Shown piece by piece: positions 59,565-64,000 of a stretch of DNA of 64,000 nt. Numbering within the stretch: position 1 is the stretch's first letter; every line of letters starts with the position of its first letter. The notes under the pieces are model-generated. The model searched no databases and had not been told where the DNA came from. It was given only the letters and a program-made list of their open reading frames with translations. A program made the translations under genes and the position numbers. This DNA is from Flavobacteriaceae bacterium (lineage in GTDB: Bacteria > Bacteroidota > Bacteroidia > Flavobacteriales > Flavobacteriaceae): assembly GCA_047614245.1 (NCBI GenBank), contig JBLHIC010000001.1, positions 33,784-97,783 on the forward strand. Reading direction: 5' to 3'.

Positions 59565-62139
59565 CATCCAATTGCATATATATCAAAAACTATATTGTAT
59601 ATTTCTTTTTACAGTATTTTCTATATTTAGTCTTAATGCTCAGCAAAAAGAACTTGACAGCGGCAAAAAATACACTATCAATAGTATTAAAGTGACTGGA
59701 GCTCAAAATTTTAACGAGCAAACCGTTATTGCATTCACCGGTCTTAAAAAAGGAGATCGCGTCTATATTCCTGGAGAAAAATTAAGTTCTGTTACTAAAA
59801 AATTATGGGAACAAAATCTTTTTAGTGATATAGCTTTTTATGTTACTAATGTAGTGGGCGACCAAGCAGATCTTGAGTTATACATAGTGGAACTTCCAAA
59901 ATTGGGAAGCATTACTATTGAAGGTATTCGAAAAGGAAAAAAGAAAGAAATTTTAAAAGATAATGATTTAACCCCTGGAGTTAAAATCACAAAAAATCTT
60001 ATTACAACTACTAAAAATTATATTACAGATAAATATAAAGAAGACGGGTTTCTGAATACTAAGGTAATAATTAGCACGATATCAAAGTTAGATTCGGTTG
60101 GCAAGGAGGAGTCTAAGGACATGAAAATTATTATAGACAGAGGCAGTCGAGTTAAGGTATCGCCAATTGTCTTTAATGGTAATAGCGAACTCAAAAATGG
60201 CAAGTTACGTAACTCGATGAAAAACGTGAAACGTAAAAATTTACTGCGCTTTTGGAAACGCTCTAAATATTCTGAATCTGGGTTTGAGGAAGATAAAGTA
60301 TCCTTAATTGAAAAGTATAAAGCCAATGGATTTCGAGATGCCAGAATAACTAGTGATACCCTTATTGCTAAAAACAACCATACCGTATCGTTAAATATAA
60401 ACATAGAAGAAGGGAAGAAGTACTATTTCGGAGATATTCGATTTATAGGAAATAGTATTTATACAGACTACCAATTACGCCAGGTTTTAGGAATTAAAAA
60501 AGGGGAAACTTATAATGGTGGCTTATTACAAAAACGTATTGCCGATAATACAGATCCTGAGGCAAATGATTTAACAAACCTTTATCAAAACAACGGGTAT
60601 TTATTTTCAGGTATTAATCCCGTTGAAGTAGCTGTTAGAAACGACACCATTGATTTTGAAATTAGAATAAAAGAAGGTAAGCTTGCATATTTTGATCACG
60701 TTACTGTTGTTGGTAACGACAAGACGAATGACCACGTTATATATCGCGAATTAAGAACTAGACCGGGTCAAAAATATAGCAAACGAAATGTTGTAAGAAC
60801 CATACGTGAATTAGGGCAACTTGGATTTTTCGACCCAGAACAATTGTCCCCCAATTTTAAAAACGTCGATGCCAATAACGGGACATTGGATATGGAATAC
60901 TCTGTTGTTGAAAAAGGGTCAAGTCAAATAGAGTTGCAAGGTGGTTACGGCGGCGGAGGTTTTGTTGGGACGCTTGGGCTATCTTTTAATAATTTCTCAC
61001 TTCGTAATATATTTAACGGAGAAGCATACAAACCCCTTCCGATGGGTGATGGCCAAAAACTTGCCATTAGAGCTCAGGCCAGCGCATTCTATCAAACATA
61101 TAGTTTGTCGTTAACTGAACCTTGGCTGGGTGGAAAGAAGCCTATACAATTTAGCGCCTCTTTTTCTCATACGATTCAGTTTCAGTTTAATCAAGCAACA
61201 AGAGACATTAACAAAGACGAACGATTCTTAATAACAGGAGGTTCTATTGGTTTAGCTAAGCGACTTAAATGGCCGGATGACTATTTTACCTTATCGCAAG
61301 CAGTGAGCTTTCAGCATTACAACTTGAAAAATTACAACACAAGATTGTTTACATTTGGAGATGGTTATTCAAATAATTTAGCATATACATTTGGTATCAG
61401 CCGAAATAATACAGCAACCAACCCAATATATCCAATTACTGGTTCAGAATTTAGTTTGACAGCAAAGGTTACCATACCATATTCAGCCCTTAATGGTACC
61501 GACTATGCTAGCTTGAAAACAGAAAGGGATATGAAAGAAGAGGTTTTACCAACTGATGTTGGTTATATTGATGCAAGAGATAGGATTGCTGTAATTGACC
61601 AAGAGCGCTTTAAATGGCTAGAATATTATAAAATTAAATTTAAGGGAACTTGGTATACAAGAATTATTGATAAATTAGTGCTTCGAACAAATACGGAGTT
61701 TGGATTTTTGGGAGCCTATAATAATGATCGAGGAATTCCTCCTTTCGAGCGATTTTTTATCGGTGGTGATGGATTAGGAGCATTTAGTCTTGATGGAAGA
61801 GAAGTGATTCAATTGCGTGGATATCCAAATCAATCGTTATCATCGCAGGACGGAGATAACATTTATAATAAATTTTCGTTAGAATTACGATATCCTATTA
61901 CTTTGAAGCAGCTGGCATCAATTTATGTTTTGGCGTTTGCTGAAGGAGGAGCATCTTATGATGGATTTAAAAATTACAATCCGTTTAGTGTTCAAAGGTC
62001 TGCTGGCGCAGGATTACGTATATTTATGCCTGCCTTTGGATTACTTGGGATAGATTTTGGATATGGTTTTGACCCAGTTCTTAATGGAGTTCAGAAAAAT
62101 GGATGGGAAACTCATTTTATTATTGGACAACAATTTTAA
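59533..62139 (+). CDS. bamA: Outer membrane protein assembly factor BamA
   Basis: POTRA repeats, GNDKTNDHVIYRE, LRGY and C-terminal GQQF. Confidence 0.95.
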   Translation: MEKPVSNSNDNIQLHIYQKLYCIFLFTVFSIFSLNAQQKELDSGKKYTINSIKVTGAQNFNEQTVIAFTGLKKGDRVYIPGEKLSSVTKKLWEQNLFSDIAFYVTNVVGDQADLELYIVELPKLGSITIEGIRKGKKKEILKDNDLTPGVKITKNLITTTKNYITDKYKEDGFLNTKVIISTISKLDSVGKEESKDMKIIIDRGSRVKVSPIVFNGNSELKNGKLRNSMKNVKRKNLLRFWKRSKYSESGFEEDKVSLIEKYKANGFRDARITSDTLIAKNNHTVSLNINIEEGKKYYFGDIRFIGNSIYTDYQLRQVLGIKKGETYNGGLLQKRIADNTDPEANDLTNLYQNNGYLFSGINPVEVAVRNDTIDFEIRIKEGKLAYFDHVTVVGNDKTNDHVIYRELRTRPGQKYSKRNVVRTIRELGQLGFFDPEQLSPNFKNVDANNGTLDMEYSVVEKGSSQIELQGGYGGGGFVGTLGLSFNNFSLRNIFNGEAYKPLPMGDGQKLAIRAQASAFYQTYSLSLTEPWLGGKKPIQFSASFSHTIQFQFNQATRDINKDERFLITGGSIGLAKRLKWPDDYFTLSQAVSFQHYNLKNYNTRLFTFGDGYSNNLAYTFGISRNNTATNPIYPITGSEFSLTAKVTIPYSALNGTDYASLKTERDMKEEVLPTDVGYIDARDRIAVIDQERFKWLEYYKIKFKGTWYTRIIDKLVLRTNTEFGFLGAYNNDRGIPPFERFFIGGDGLGAFSLDGREVIQLRGYPNQSLSSQDGDNIYNKFSLELRYPITLKQLASIYVLAFAEGGASYDGFKNYNPFSVQRSAGAGLRIFMPAFGLLGIDFGYGFDPVLNGVQKNGWETHFIIGQQF

Positions 62140-62176
62140 CTTTGGCACGATATTTTCTTAAAAACAACCAACTATT

Positions 62177-63007
62177 ATGAAAACCAGAAAGTTAATTTTT
62201 ATTACAATTGCCATTTTTTGCTTTTCCTTTGCCGTACAAGCTCAAAGAGGCGCGCGAATTGGATATATTGATATGGAATATATTCTGGAAAGTGTTCCAG
62301 AATATCTAGAGGCTTCAATGCAATTGGAAGGAAAAGTACAACGTTGGAAACAGGACATTGATAAAAGGCAGAAGGAAATTGATTTAATGAGTCTTAATCT
62401 AAGTAATGAAAGAGTTCTTTTAACAAAGGAGCTAATTGATGAAAGAGAAGAAGAGATTAAAATTAAGGAAGATGAAATGCTTCAATACCAACAGGACAGA
62501 TTTGGTCCCAGAGGTGATTTAATGATTCAGAGGAGACAATTAGTTCAACCAATTCAAGATCAAGTTTTCAATATTGTTCAAGAAGTTGCTGAGGCAAAAA
62601 AATATGACTTTATATTTGATAAATCTGCCGACGTTGTTATGCTCTTTGCCGCGAAGAGAAATGACATTAGTGATCTAGTACTAAGAAGTATTAACAGAGC
62701 TTCCAAAAGAAAGGAAGCAACAACTAGAAAAGAGAAAAAAGCAATTGAACAAAGAGATGGACTTGACTTGGAACAAGATAAAGCTGTAACCGAGAGAGAA
62801 ACTGCTGTAGAAGAAAAGAAAGATGCTCGTGAAAAGGCTATGGAAGATCGTAGAAAATCCCGTGACTCAATACGCTTAATAAAAAAAGCTGAGTTCGATG
62901 CAAGAAGACAAAAACTACTTGACGAAAGACAGAAACGAAAAGACTCCATTTTAGAAGTTCGTGCAAAGAAGAAAGCGCCACCAGCAGGAGACGGTGACGG
63001 GAATTAA
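62177..63007 (+). CDS. OmpH/Skp family chaperone with charged C-terminal extension
   Basis: IGYIDMEYIL and YDFIFDKS motifs; follows bamA. Confidence 0.9.
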   Translation: MKTRKLIFITIAIFCFSFAVQAQRGARIGYIDMEYILESVPEYLEASMQLEGKVQRWKQDIDKRQKEIDLMSLNLSNERVLLTKELIDEREEEIKIKEDEMLQYQQDRFGPRGDLMIQRRQLVQPIQDQVFNIVQEVAEAKKYDFIFDKSADVVMLFAAKRNDISDLVLRSINRASKRKEATTRKEKKAIEQRDGLDLEQDKAVTERETAVEEKKDAREKAMEDRRKSRDSIRLIKKAEFDARRQKLLDERQKRKDSILEVRAKKKAPPAGDGDGN

Positions 63008-63066
63008 AAACTATTAGTTTACCATTTATTAATTATTATAACACTCAAATATTAAACACTATTACA

Positions 63067-63576
63067 ATGAAAAAAATTAAATCGTTATTAATTGCTATTG
63101 CACTCGTATTAGGTGCGACAAGTTTTGTAAATGCCCAATCAGAGATGGCACATGTAGACACTCAGGCTCTTATGGAATCTATGCCAGAAATGAAAGCGGC
63201 CCAAAATCAACTTGAAAAACTTCAAAAAACGTACGATACTGAAATAAAAGCTATGGCTAAAGAATTTGAAGCCAAGGTAAAGCAATATGGTAACGAAGAG
63301 GGTACAAAAACTCAAGAAGAAAACGAAAAACGTGTTCTTGAGGTTCAAGGAATGGAAAAGAACATATCTGCCTACAGACAGCAAGCAATGGAAGATCTTC
63401 GTAAGAAAGAATTAGATGTATATCAACCGATTCTAGATAAAGCACGTGCTGCTATCCAAAAAGTTGCTAGAGCACAAGGAATAAACTATGTGATGGATTC
63501 TACTGCAGGTAGTGGTTTATTGTTAGCAGACGGTAAAGATTTACTTATAGACGTTAAAAAGGAATTAGGTATTTAA
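63067..63576 (+). CDS. OmpH/Skp family chaperone
   Basis: AHVDTQ.LM..MPE and VKKELG motifs. Confidence 0.9.
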   Translation: MKKIKSLLIAIALVLGATSFVNAQSEMAHVDTQALMESMPEMKAAQNQLEKLQKTYDTEIKAMAKEFEAKVKQYGNEEGTKTQEENEKRVLEVQGMEKNISAYRQQAMEDLRKKELDVYQPILDKARAAIQKVARAQGINYVMDSTAGSGLLLADGKDLLIDVKKELGI

Positions 63577-63600
63577 TACTTGCTTTACATAAAATATTTT

Positions 63601-63635
63601 GAACTGCCCATCTTATGATGGGCAGTTCTTATTTT
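63601..63635 (+). terminator. Probable intrinsic terminator
   Basis: GAACTGCCCATC-TTAT-GATGGGCAGTTC followed by TTATTTT. Confidence 0.7.
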
Positions 63636-63665
63636 AGACAACTTAGATTTGCTATTTTTACCTGG

Positions 63666-64000
63666 ATGAAAAAAAATGCTCCAATTGGTATATTTGACTC
63701 CGGTGTGGGAGGGTCTTCTATTTGGCAGGAAATTAATCATCTATTACCCAATGAAAATACAATCTATCTGGCTGATAGTAAGAACGCGCCTTATGGTTAT
63801 AAAACACCTGAGGAAATTACCGCTTTGAGCATTAAAAATACTGAAGTATTGATACAATTGGGATGTAAACTTATTGTTGTCGCGTGTAATACGGCCACAA
63901 CAAATTCGATATCAGATCTGCGTTCTAAATTTAATATCCCAATAATTGGCATCGAACCGGCCGTAAAACCCGCTGCTTTGAAATCCGCCTCAAAAAGTAT
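63666..64000 (+). CDS. murI: Glutamate racemase (partial; 3' end runs off the window)
   Basis: [27 protein letters not shown] and [11 protein letters not shown] motifs. Confidence 0.95.
   Translation, partial: MKKNAPIGIFDSGVGGSSIWQEINHLLPNENTIYLADSKNAPYGYKTPEEITALSIKNTEVLIQLGCKLIVVACNTATTNSISDLRSKFNIPIIGIEPAVKPAALKSASKS

Overview
AT-rich chromosomal segment of a Bacteroidota bacterium, most likely Flavobacteriaceae. This is inferred from T9SS PorP/PorE/PorG-type genes, GLPGLI and 2TM families, and TAnnTTTG -7 promoter elements. Most of the window is core genome: dNK, hppA-ppa, pdhB, etfBA, nupC-thyA, folA, fabD, galE, waaA, mutS, folK, tig-clpP-clpX, fadL-lipase, pdxJ and nadK-porG-uppS-bamA-skp-skp-murI. 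Two accessory parts stand out: a T9SS type-B cargo/PorP/PorE cassette (25.6-30.4 kb) and a decayed ~5.4 kb islet (about 30.6-36.07 kb) at the 3' end of a tRNA-Gly/tRNA-Leu cluster. Most notable observations not explained by the ORF track: (1) an unannotated 40-aa lipopeptide ending in IPPNG-stop that overlaps a 4-TM membrane gene in the +1 frame; (2) a shared palindromic operator at the etfBA and fadL-lipase promoters, a candidate fatty-acid regulon; (3) an S24 LexA-like repressor with two GGA-N5-TCC boxes, a probably leaderless mRNA and a coupled DUF2461 gene; (4) 22-nt CCTGCC...GGCAGG palindromic micro-insertions, one cleanly inside a tRNA-Gly remnant; (5) an A8 frameshift hiding an SH3b domain; (6) a RelE/ParE-toxin chimera; (7) a folK gene that appears to need a non-canonical start codon. 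All product calls come from motif recognition by eye; no database search was run.
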